Below are positions 1 through 11,838 of a stretch of DNA of 64,000 nt, one piece after another. The DNA comes from Bugula neritina (lineage: Eukaryota > Animalia > Bryozoa): the NCBI GenBank assembly GCA_964035545.1, contig OZ037766.1:20448767-20512766 (forward strand), read 5' to 3'. The stretch's first letter is position 1. Every line of letters begins with the position of its first letter. The translations under genes and the position numbers were made by a program. The notes below the pieces were generated by a model, which saw only the letters and a program-made list of their open reading frames with translations, had not been told where the DNA came from and ran no database searches.

Positions 1-120
1 TTAAGCACTTGCAATCACTACAATATAATTATTATTATAAATATTAATTAATTATCGTAAATTAATTTAGTTCAACATAAATAATTGACTATTATCATTA
101 TGGTAATTATACTAAATAGT

Positions 121-2715
121 AGTTACCTCCAGTTACCTCCAGATTACGATCATGCTAGACCACTAGGTAGCAGAAGCGGCATGCCTCATATGTTTATGGT
201 TGGTCAGAAAGTAAAATGCATACAATAGTCCATAAATTGGTTGCAGTGTGTGTTGCAATATTGTTTATTAGTACAGGTAAGTTAACCTGTCAATGTTTAG
301 ATTATTCTGTGTGTAAATTAGTCTTGCAAGGATTGTTCCCTTTAAGGTCACGGATTGTTCGTGGCAAGAAGCTGTTATAATAGCAGTTATTATTGGTGCT
401 GACTGATCTTGGCTGTCCTAGTGTTTGGGCCCTAGTTTGGATAAAACTTTCCGGGTGTTTATTAGTTCTTCATACGCGGCAGAGAGTGCTGGGTGATATT
501 CTTCCTTTTGGAGTATCCTCATAAGGAGTCTTAGCCGTTGAGTTCTTCTTCTTTCATCGAGGGCGGCCAGCTCCAGTCTTTCTTTTGCTTCTCGCACTCC
601 TCTTCTACCCTTGATGTTAGCTATGGCTCTTACTGCCCGTGTTTGTACCTCTTCGATGGAATTTATTTCTTTTGTAGTATAGGGGTCCCAAACAGCAGAA
701 GCATAGTCTAGGTGAGGAAGGCATAGGGATTTGTAAGCCATGAGTCTCACTTTTTCGGGTGCCCAGTGCAAAGCCCTTTTGATCATCCCCAGTTGTTTGT
801 TTGCTAGCAATATTTTGCTCTGGATATGATTATCAAACTTCAGGTTGGCCTGTAGAGTCACTCCGAGGTATGTTGATTTGTCCACCTGTTCTAGAACTGT
901 GCCATTTAACGTGTAGTGTGCTGGTATATCTTGCTCTTTGAATGCCATAATTTTGCTCTTTTTAACATTGAACTCCATACCCCACTTTGAAGCCCAACTT
1001 CCTGCTGCATCTATGTTCCTTTGAAACCTTAGTCTGTCTTGGTCATCTGAGACAGGCTGGTAGAGGAGGGTGTCATCTGCGAAGAGACCAACTTCACAAT
1101 CAACACAGTCAGGGAGATCATTTATGAACACGAGAAACAGTATGGGGCCGAGCACAGAGCCCTGAGGTACCCCAGACGTCACTGGCAGTGGTTCTGACTT
1201 TTTGCCATCGAGTACGACCCTCTGAGATCGGTTTAGGAGGAAGTTGTGTACCCATCCGAGCAGATAGTCTTCCATTGGTGCAATTGTTCGTAGTTTCTCC
1301 ATTAGAAGGGCATGGGGGACCCGGTCAAATGCTTTTGTAAAATCTAGGACTGCTGCGTGAACAGCCTTATGTTTATCGACATAGTTCAGTATCTGATGGA
1401 GAGTGGCGCATAATTGGGTCTCGCAGGACAAGCCCTGGCGGAAGCCGTGTTGTCTTGTGCTCAGTACATTGTCAACGTTGGCAAGTATTTTACGTAAGAT
1501 GAGATGTTCTGCCATTTTACATGGGATGCTAGTGAGTGAGATGGGTCGATAGTTTTGAGCACAATCCTCTGCACCGCTTTTATGGATGGGGGTCACATAC
1601 GCCTCTTTCCACTGGGTGGGGAGCTTCTGTTGATTCATAGAGGTTTTGTATATGATCGCAAGACAAGTGGATATTAGTGGGAGATCAACCATCAGATCTG
1701 CCTTCCTCAGGCCATCCGGACCTGGAGCTTTTCCAGGCTTGAGTTTCTGTATTAACTTGGCAATACCATTGCTGTCGATATCTGGTGGATTATCTATGTT
1801 TGTTGAGTTGGGACCAAGTGATGTCAGTTGGTGCCCTCTGTTGAACTGGGAGTGGAAGAATTTGTTGAAGGTTTCCGCACAGTTTTCTGGATCTGCATTA
1901 AGGGTACCATCAGTCATTTTGAGTTTTATGCGATTTTTGTTATTTGAGTTTCCTTTGAGGTGCCGGTAAAAGGGCTTACTGTTGCCTTCTAGGAGTGGTT
2001 GGATGATTTTATTGTGACCATATTCACTTTTTACCATCCTAAAGACTTTCTTAGCTGTTTTCCGGATTTCCTTGTATTTCGCATAACTGAATAAGTCCCG
2101 GTTTGTTTTGTAGTGATTATAGCTTTTCCTCTCTTTACGTGATATCCGTCTACACTCTTTGTTAAACCAAACAGGTTCATTTTTAAGCTTAGACGACAGT
2201 ACTTTCGTTGGGACATGGTCACATATAGCCTGTTGTAGACTAGATGAAAAATGATCCCACATTTCCTGTACATCTTCCAATTCATCTAGGTCATGTTTAG
2301 TTCTTTGCATATCTTCCCGGAATTTGTTGATATCTACTCTGTGGTAATCTTTGACAGTTTTGGAGGTTACTATATGGTGGTTTTTTGCTTTGTTCCATCG
2401 GATATTTGCTTTTATCATGGCGTGATCACTTAGCCCTGGGAAGATTACGTCTTGGGATGTTAAGTCTTGGGGGGAGTTGGTGCAAAGTAAGTCGAGCGTG
2501 TTGCCATGAATGTGGGTTGGTGAGGTTATTAGTTGACTTAGGTTATAGAAGTTCAACATACATAGGAATGAGTTATGAAGGACCTTATCCTGGGCCTTCA
2601 GTTTGGGTTGATACGTGTGCCAATTAATGTGAGGGAGATTGAAATCCCCGGCTAAGATGATGTGGTCATTGGGGAACTGTTGAGTTAATAATTCTAGGTT
2701 GCTACTCAAATAATA
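121..2715 (-). mobile_element. 5'-truncated non-LTR retrotransposon, CR1/L2 group (partial APE endonuclease + reverse transcriptase), frameshifted near its C-terminus
   Basis: ORF 418-2721 has APE motifs (GDFN, LDL, SDH) and RT motifs (QHGFR..SCETQL, LDFTKAFD, GVPQGSVLGP, FADD). After a 1-nt shift near 447 the C-terminus continues as IQTRAQ...YNSFLPRTIRDL to TAA at 302-304. The 3' tail is a short tandem repeat, (agttacctcc)2 at 121-142. The N-terminal part of the endonuclease is missing. Confidence 0.93.
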
Positions 2716-3187
2716 AAACATTAATTTTGATATAATAATTATAAATTAATTTTAAATCTAACAGTAATACTAATAGTTAGTATAATACTAATGCTAATAG
2801 TAATAGTAATATAATATTGTCATTGAATTTGAAACGGATATAAATATTAATAATTATAATGAATAATCAAACTTAAAATAAAAATCTAAAAGTGAAAATA
2901 AAAGCATAAGCTATGGGATTTACTTTTACGTTTAGCATTTGCACATACCTATGAGCATAAACAGAAGACCGAGATGAATTCATTTCAAATGACTTAGAAG
3001 TTGGTCCTGGGTTCAAATTGAAATTAGCCGCCATAACAATATACTTGGTACTTGATGGCCAACGATTTCAAATGGTCGCGTGCCCAAAGCGAAAACAGTC
3101 TTCAATTCGAAACTAGCGTGTGCTCGCGGGTCATCTGTTGTATTATTGGTCGGTGTAGAATTCGTAATTTCCTGAATAAAAATTTAA

Positions 3188-3229
3188 CCAATTATGTATC
3201 TTGCCACGTTAAGGCCGCAGCCTATAACT
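3188..3229 (+). promoter_or_regulatory. ER-stress-response-like promoter element (CCAAT-N11-CCACG) plus TATA-like motif upstream of PDI
   Basis: CCAAT at 3188-3192, CCACG at 3204-3208 (within GCCACGTTA, resembling an XBP1/ATF6 core), and cctataac at about 3221, roughly 150 nt upstream of the PDI ATG. Canonical ERSE spacing is N9, so this is a variant. Confidence 0.45.
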
Positions 3230-3356
3230 AGTCTAGCGGTTACCATTTTTTGTTTACTTTAACTGTGGTTCTTGAAAAAGTCATTCATTCATTCTGATTC
3301 AGCAACTTTTTGTTTAAAAATAAGCTGTTCCCGTTGAAATAGTACCTTTCTCAAAT

Positions 3357-6300
3357 ATGCTGAAGCAGTTTGTTTTAGCAGCAATATTATTTGTTGCTTG
3401 TTCTTATGCTGATGAAGCAGAAGTTGCGATTGAAGATGGAGTTCTTGTTTTGACAGAAACTAATTTTGACGAAGTTTTAAAATCTCACGAGTTTATCCTA
3501 GTTGAATTTTGTAAGTACATTTCTTCAGTTTTGAGTTTGTTCATTTTTTAAATCATAACCGAATGTATCTAAATGATAATAACTTTAATTTAGTATTAGT
3601 ATAATATAAATTATATCACAATCACAATGACAATGGGTATCACTATCAGTATGACATTCACATTGTCATTGTGATAGTGATTGACTATAGTTATAGTAAT
3701 ATCAGTAATAAGTATAAGTACAACTGTATAAGTTATTGACTTATCGGTATAGATATAGCTATAATATCAATATGTATAACTATAAGTATAAGTTTAGTAT
3801 AAGTACAACTCTAACAGTAACTATTTTACTAAACTTACTATCTCAGATAGTAAGTTTAGTAATATAGTTATAGTTGTACTTATACTAAACTTATACTTAT
3901 AGTTATACATATTATAGCTATATCTACTATACATAGTATCGGAATAGTGTATACTGTAAGTGTAACTATATCGTTATCAATATGCTTGAAGTTGAGCAAC
4001 TGCAAGTAAATAAGTTTTTGTTAGTGTTAGCCTTCGTAGTCTTATACTAATACTTATAGGCCATGTCTATAGTTAAATTTGATGACTTTGGTGTTACTCA
4101 CAGTCACTTACAGTTGCTGTTTTATAGTTATATTTAATAATTTAAGTCCAGCACTTAGTGTCTACTATTAGTAGTGGTGGTAGTACAGTGTACTAGTCGT
4201 TGTAGTTATACATAAATTTATTCTAATGTTTGGTCTTTTCATTTCTATGTTGAATTTAATAGTAATAATGGCACTCCTGATCGTTAAAACTTATTTTAAA
4301 ATTTAGATTAAGTCGTTAAATTTCTGCCTAGCTTCTTTACAGTGAAGATTTGGAGTGTAATTGAAAAAACTTACTTTTTTCTGCATATTGCTTAACGCTT
4401 TGGTTATGTAGAAAAAATCACTATAACAGTGTAGGATGTTTACTATCATTGTCGGAGTTTTTTGGTAACAGTTTATTTGAATACAAATTGTTTATTTTAA
4501 TGAATGCATTATTTATAAAAATACTTAAATATATTATGCCTGTTACTAAATATCTAGTTGGAAAGCTTCTTGATTCTAGATGACAGGCTTTGCTGCCATC
4601 AACCCTGTACCGAGTCTTTTGTAAATGAGTGTTTTTGCTAGCCAATCTTCTTACAAACATTTTCCTGTGTTTATTTGTTTCAAAACTACCCTTTATGACT
4701 TATCTTGTTCTTTATGGCAGTTTTCTGTTATATGAACAAAATTTTTGCTAGCTTATAATAATTTTCAGCATTTCATATCAATTAAAAATTAAAAAAAAAG
4801 GTAGCACTACATGAAGTTTTAAAAAGTTTGAAAAAATCTGCTCAGTGTAAGATATACTGAAATTTGTTTGACTTCTGCATTGAGTTGATATGAAAAGTCA
4901 ACCAAAACCACACATGGCTATCTTATCTCAGCTCATTTTTTGTTTTGGATGTTTGCAAAATGAAGGGTAACTTCCATTTGAAAATATATGCCCATTTTTT
5001 ATATTGTAGATGCTCCCTGGTGTGGACATTGTAAGAACTTGGCTCCAGAATATGCTAAAGCAGCCACTCGACTGGCTGAAGAGGAATCTGCTGTTAAACT
5101 AGGAAAAGTTGATGCTACTGTTGAAAAATCTTTGGGGTCACGGTTTGAGGTTCGAGGATATCCAACCCTGAAGTTTTTCAGAGATGGGAAACCTGCTGAT
5201 TATACAGGTATCCAATGGCAAAACCTATGTACTAGCCCCTGAAAATGTTTAAATACTGAATTTTACTTCTATTAGCTTATTTTTAACACCAAGTTTCCTT
5301 TCAGCTGGTCATAAATTAAATGTTGCAGGAAGTTCATTGATTTAGTAATAGGTTGCGCAGTGTGATTCAAGCAGTTACTCAATAAACCTTCCTTGAAGTT
5401 TGTTGCTACAGTGGTACCCTTGCCAGAAAGTAAATATTTGTCATAAATGCCTACGTGTACCACGCCATATTTACGTGCCAGTTTCTGGTTGGTGGAATCT
5501 CAAGCAGACATAAACCTTTCTGTAACTTTAATCTTAATATATGCTGGTTGTTGATTTCCCATTGAATGCACCTAAGTATTTTATACGTGGAGAGATTATC
5601 ACTTGTGACTACCATTAGCATATCTAATGGGATATTCTTATTGGATAGTTTAAAAAGGCTTAGATGATTATCAATTAGGCATAAAAATGTTGCAGTTTTA
5701 CCTTTGTTGCGAAACTACAATCTGTTTGCAAAATGTAGTTCAGATTAGACTTGGGTTCAACGATTTGTATTGTAGGTGGAAGAACTGCTGATACAATTGT
5801 GAGCTGGGTGAAAAAGAAGTCTGGACCACCAGCTATTACTATTTCCTCTAAAGAAGATGTAGAGAAACTAATGGAGAACACTGTTTCTGTTGTTGGCTTC
5901 TTTACTGTAAGCAGCAGTTGTGTAATGTAGTTTTAAGTCTTGTACTTTCTGCTTCCTTTCTGCTTTGTATTATAACACTTTATTTAAACTGATAATCCGA
6001 TTTGTTAGGATTTGGAATCAGAAGCAGTGAAAGCATTTAACAAAGTAGCTGCTGAGAATGATGAAATCATGTTTGGTATTTGTACTGACGAGGCTGTTAA
6101 GAAAGAATACAAGATGGAAAAAGATGGTATGCTTTCCTTTTCTTCTTTTAAGTCTTCAGAAAATATAGAGCAGAGGCATGAAGCAGTTCCTGTTGTTTGT
6201 CTGACAAACTGTGAAAACTTTATAGTAGATTATATAATATTGGTTCTTGCGTTGGCTCTGTGAGATAATGATAAGTTGAGTGTGTCTTGTGATAGGTGTG

Positions 6301-7721
6301 AGTCTATTTAAACACTTTGATGACAAGAGAGCAGACTTGACAGAGGATCTCACAGAAGAGTCTATTGCTGATTTCGTCAACAGAGAGTCTGTGGCTCTTC
6401 TCTCAGAGTTTAGTCAAGAGGTGAGCAAACCTTTATACTCTTGACTCCTATTCACCACCTGTCAATCACCACCTGTCAATCACCTGTTCAGCGGTTCACC
6501 TGTCAACTAGTTACCAGTCACCTGTCAGACTGGTTACCAGTCATCTGTTAATCATGCAGTTACCAGCCATTTGGTAATTGCATACCAGTAATAGTTACTA
6601 AGTTTTGTTGGGGGACAGTTACAATAAAGAACTGATCACACCAATAGTGACCTTTTGTTACTATTAAAAACATTAGGAATAGAATGAAAAAATAAAGCAA
6701 AAACTTAATTTTGTTAGCACTGCATGAACAGCCAATAAGGTCTTCAGCGGTTCAGTCAATGTCTGTTTGTACAACACCAGCTCAACCAAGATGCTATGAT
6801 TAACTAACAGTCCACCATTGTTGGTGTTTTGGCCCCATTCTTACCTGATTTACTATGACCTTAAAGTTAACAGCTGTCTGTTATTGCAAAATATTTTTGT
6901 TCTGGCAAAATATAAAATGTAACTGGTCCTACACCTGAGCTGTTTTATTAAATGCATATTATTATAATTTATATTGAAAAATGTAATTTAGGCTGTTTTC
7001 TAGGAATTTTTTTTATATTTTTCTAGTAAAATACCGGATTGCATCAATAATTAGATAATTTACAATTTGATAAGGAGTCGCCTTTCCAAGTGCTAAATTA
7101 TTGGTTTTGTTGCAATTTTACAACAGATGTCATTTTTAAACTGAATGGTGGACAAAGTTTTCATTAAATAAACAGGTTTACATGTGAGCAGCCAAAAAAT
7201 TCCAATACATTTGAATGATGAAAAAGAGTTCAATGGGAAGTTGCAAGATTACACAGAAAATTCACACTGGTGCTTTCTGTCTTCCTAATGCTGTATACAG
7301 CCATTTAATTGTAAGCTTTAATGTCATTATGTCGTTGCAGCAAATTTAAATTTGCAATAGATGTTGAAGATTTTAGTGTCTTATCAGAAATTTTATTAAG
7401 ATTCCTGATATATTTGTTGTAGGCAGCACAAAAACTGTTTTCCAAGAAAGGTGTTGCATTCTTTTTCCTGGCTATCGGGAAATCCAGTGATGATTATGAA
7501 GCTATCACTGACGCTACCCGTAAAGTAGCCAAGAAACATGCTGGAAAGGTTGTTGCTGTACTCTTGAATACGGAAGATAAGGAGGCCCTGAATGTTATAC
7601 AATACCTTGGCATTGAGGAGAAAGACTACCCAGCATACAGAATTTTCAACTTGGAAAAGGTCGGTACAACCAGTAGTTCTCTCTGTTTGTTGGTACTGCT
7701 GCTACTGCTACCACTACTGTT

Positions 7722-7760
<39 letters not shown>

Positions 7761-7782
7761 GCTACTACTACTGCTACTACTG

Positions 7783-7835
<53 letters not shown>

Positions 7836-9517
7836 GCTACTGCTACTGCTACTACTACTACTACTGCTACTACTACTACCATTATTACTACTACCATTAT
7901 TACTACCACTGCTATTACTCCTATCACTACTACCGCTACTACTGCTGCTGCTACTTAGTAAATTCAAATGTTTATGTGTCTTGATGACATGGTGTACATG
8001 TTTGTTTTTAGTGTTTAGTGTAAGAGCACTTTTGTATATTATTGAACATTGTATAATTTAATATAGAGTTGGTCATCTATTGTTTTATAACAAATCAGAC
8101 CCTGAAATACAGTCCAGAAGATCCGGGTGTCAGTGAAGAAAAAATTGATGCTTTCTTTACCTCATATGTCAATGGTGACCTCAAGCCATTCCTCAAGTCA
8201 GCTGATGTTCCCGACAACTGGGATGCCGAGCCGGTTAAAATTCTGACTGGAAAAAACTTCAAGGAAGTTGCCCTTGATGAGAGCAAGCACGTTTTTGTTG
8301 AATTTTGTGAGTGCAAAGAAGCATTATATAAATACAGACTGACTATACTTCAGAATATCTTCAGTTAGCAGTTCTGAGTTTTTATATTTACGATTTTTAG
8401 AATCCTTTCAAATACCTGTCAGCCGCTGTTGTATGTTTCCTTTAAACTTGTACATCGTGAGATATGTGGCATTTGTCTGTAGAAAATGCAACTCAAATTT
8501 TCTCTAACAAAAGTCCAACAAATGTTGCCTACATGACTTTACTTGCCCATCAACTGACCCAGTAGCTTTCTATGTGTAAAAAACCTTAAAAATTATATAG
8601 TTTGTTATTCTATAACTTTACTTGTGTCTAATTTGCAGATGCTCCCTGGTGTGGACATTGTAAGAAGTTGACCCCAATATGGGAGGACTTGGCCAAAAAG
8701 TTTGAGTCTGTAGAGAATTTGGTCATCGCTAAGATGGACTCCACAGAGAATGAGGTGGAAGAGGTTCAGGTTCAGGGTTTTCCAACTCTTAAATTCTTCC
8801 CTGCGAACTCCGAAGAGGTGATTGACTACCTCTGCAGTATTTAGTTATAATAAAGCAATGTGAAAATAAATTGAAATGACTTTACATATTTTGAGCTACT
8901 TGATAGCAGGAGTGAACTTTTTTAGACAGTTTGACTATGTAGTGATTCATATGAGAAAAATGTTGTTCTTTATCTGGTACCTATATGACTCTGGAACTTC
9001 TATAATGTATTACCTGTTTTTCATTGTTTATAAACAGATCATTGACTACGAAGGAGATCGCTCACTGGATGACTTAGTTAAATTTATTGGTAAGCACGTA
9101 GACCTTCCAGATGAGAAAGAACAAGAAGAAAAGCCCGAAGTACCAAAAGAAGCCACCAAAAAGGTATTTGTGTGATATTTTTGCTGTGTATGTGGATTAG
9201 GTTGCTTTTTCGAGGCATTAAAAATGGCGTTTCAAGGAAGCCAGGCTGTGATAGTTTGATGCTTGAAGTCTATGGACTCAGTAGTTAACAGTTGGAGTTA
9301 CGTGTATATAATAAGATTTATCTTCTCACAAGTGTTTTAACTGAATTAATGCCGGGTATGAGCTAAGAAGGGTAGCCCACACTCATTCCATCACTTATAA
9401 ACTCTGCAATGGCTCCTTAACTTCAGTGCTTATATGTGTAGAAGTTGTTGAAATCATTAACTTTTCTTGTAGGAGGAATCCAAGGAGAAGAAAGATCCCA
9501 AGAAAGATGAGCTGTAA
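3357..9517 (+). CDS. P4HB: Protein disulfide-isomerase (a-b-b'-a'-c), about 506 aa, 10 exons: 3357-3510, 5010-5207, 5776-5906, 6009-6126, 6296-6420, 7423-7659, 8099-8306, 8639-8817, 9038-9163, 9473-9517
   Basis: Signal peptide; two [12 protein letters not shown] active sites, both split by phase-1 introns; GYPTLKFF and GFPTLKFF motifs; acidic tail ending KDEL*. All junctions are GT-AG and the exons sum to 1521 nt, in frame. Confidence 0.95.
3751..3925. repeat. Long near-perfect palindrome (arms about 80-90 bp, 1-nt loop at 3844) in PDI intron 1
   Basis: Centre is tactaaacttactatct-c-agatagtaagtttagta. The outer arms agatatagctataatat...aagtacaact and agttgtactt...attatagctatatct match apart from two short insertions in the left arm. 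Confidence 0.85.
6452..6598. repeat. Degenerate tandem repeat (tcacctgtca / gttaccagtca units) in PDI intron 5
   Basis: Repeated cacctgtca, tcaccacctgtcaa and gttaccagtca motifs. Confidence 0.6.
7694..7953. repeat. (CTA/CTG)n trinucleotide microsatellite in PDI intron 6
   Basis: Directly visible; it produces the spurious poly-L/Y/S/V ORFs. Confidence 0.97.
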
Positions 9518-11838
9518 ACCCACCTGTAGAACATTACATTCTTGCTCTCTATTATTGAGCATCTGTCTTATAGGTCTACTTATTAATTTAAGTTTTTCGT
9601 TTTACTCTTATTCTGTCCACATCTCTCCTTTTCTGTACACTGCATTCGCTAGCATTTCTAGTTATTTTATTGGCTTCTATTTTGTATATAACACAGTCTG
9701 AAATATGACAATAATATTGATTACGCTACACATTTAACAGCATTTTGTGAAGGCAGTATTTTTGTAGATAATTTTGACCAAGTTTTATCTATACCAGATA
9801 TCTCAAAGTTACTTTTGTATTGCCAGTGTTCAAGTAATTATTCTAATACAAATATATCCTGTTTATCAACATGTTTTTACTAAAAGTAGTTGCTATTTCT
9901 GGTACATCATGTGATGTGTTTTTAAAGCCTAACTTCTAGAATCTAGATTTATGAAATAAAGAATCTTCAACAAAATTAATTGTATTTTTAATTAAAATTT
10001 AAAAATAGCAGTATTGCCTGATTCTTAATTTGATCGGAATAATTTTACAACTCACACAGCATAGACAATTTGCAGTTTAAAGAACCAAAAAACATCATTT
10101 TCTGACTCAATTGTTGATTTCTACAATGATTTGTTAAGAAGTTATATTTTTCTGTTGTAAAACATTTCAACAGCTCATTGGATACCGATCAATATTTTAA
10201 AGAAAAATCATGTAATATATCATACCTTAGGTTTTAGTTAACCCAAGTTAGCAAAGATATTTGATGAGTAATATCAAATGCCTGAAACAATTTGATATGG
10301 TATGAAATTGCTATACAGCCAGATTTCATTGCTGAAAAATAAATTGATGTGTCTAGTCTAGAATTGTCACTTGTAAGGTTATGTAGCCTCAGCTTTATTG
10401 CTCATACAAAATGAATATAAAACTGTCAGTAAGCAAAAAGTTGCGTTAATAATAGATTGTGAAAACAAACATTTGCAATGGCATTGAAATACTGTGGTGT
10501 CTGCTAATCAGGGTTAAGCAGTATTTTTGCCTAAATTTTACCCCATGTCCTTTATAGATGTTTGACCATACCTACTTTTAAAAAACTTTAGCAATGCTTT
10601 AAGAATGTGAGCTTTTTAGTCAAAGGATTTTATTGTAGTAGGTTACAGTTGAATTATGTTGTAACTCAACATTGCTTTATATATAACATGTAAGTAAAGA
10701 CCAGCAATAAAACCTGTAGTCATGTAAATGTTGTTGTCTTAGAACACGATAAGTCAGTGAAGTTGTGTTCTCACTTTTCTAGCAATTGGCATGAAGGTTA
10801 ATATTTAAATAGGTGTATTGTCAATGCATCAAGCCATATACTTTACACCAACACTCTTTATAGCAACTCAATTTTCTTTTTTGTACATGATTTGTGACCA
10901 ACATTATGCAAGGCATTGCAGGCTCCAAACTGAGTAACAGCATACAATAATATGCTGTTTATACCATTTAATCTAAGACCAATTACAATTTTATTGCACA
11001 GATGATGATGCAACTTATGAGCAGTTATTGTAGTCAGTGCATCACATATATGTCATTTTCCTTAGCTACAAAACTCCTTTTAGAAATTACACCCTTGATG
11101 CGGTTTTAGTGTACAGCAAGTGTTCTTTCTCATGTGATGTCAATACATCATGTTTGAAATTACATAATGCCATATTTGATCAAAAGCATTTACGATTTAA
11201 AAAGAGCTTTAGGCAACACACAAAAATACTTCAGTGAAAACCAATAAGTATTTATTGGAAAAACTTTTATGTTGATAAATGTATTAGTATTCAATAAAAA
11301 ATTTCTTGAGCAGTTTACTTTATTGCAGACTTTTCTTCCTTTTTCAATAGAAGACAACTCTGTTCAAGCTTTCACTTGATTAGTATTATATACAAAATAA
11401 AAAATGTTAGCTAACCATTGTTACTCCTTTGCTTTTATATAATGTGTTTATACAGTATTAATTCCAATTGATTAATAGTACCATTTTATTTCTCAGAAAG
11501 TAATAAAATGTTCTAGCATTGAACATGATCCCCAATTGATTTTATTTTTGTTGTAATAATAAGCAGCGAGTGCTGTTATTAGTATTCAAAGAACGATAAT
11601 AAATTGTAATTAGTTATTTGAAGGCTATCCAGCAGTGGGGTTAATTGCACTTGCATAACTATGCCTGAGGAACATTGAAATGTGTCAATCATCTATCAGT
11701 TGTAATAGTACAACAGCTACCGTGCTTTTGATGTAATTACATTCATGTCCTGTCATTGAACATGAAGAGAAATCATTTCACTCCCACCATTGGCAGGATA
11801 CACATGTGACTGAAGGATAGTACTTGGTATTAGTTACA

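Noticed and set aside
7564-8061. Poly-Leu/Tyr/Ser/Val ORFs
   Set aside because: Translations of the intronic (CTA)n microsatellite; only 7564-7659 is real PDI exon.
11664-11690. CTGAGGA...GAAA hammerhead-like core
   Set aside because: No stem II and no supporting stems I or III.
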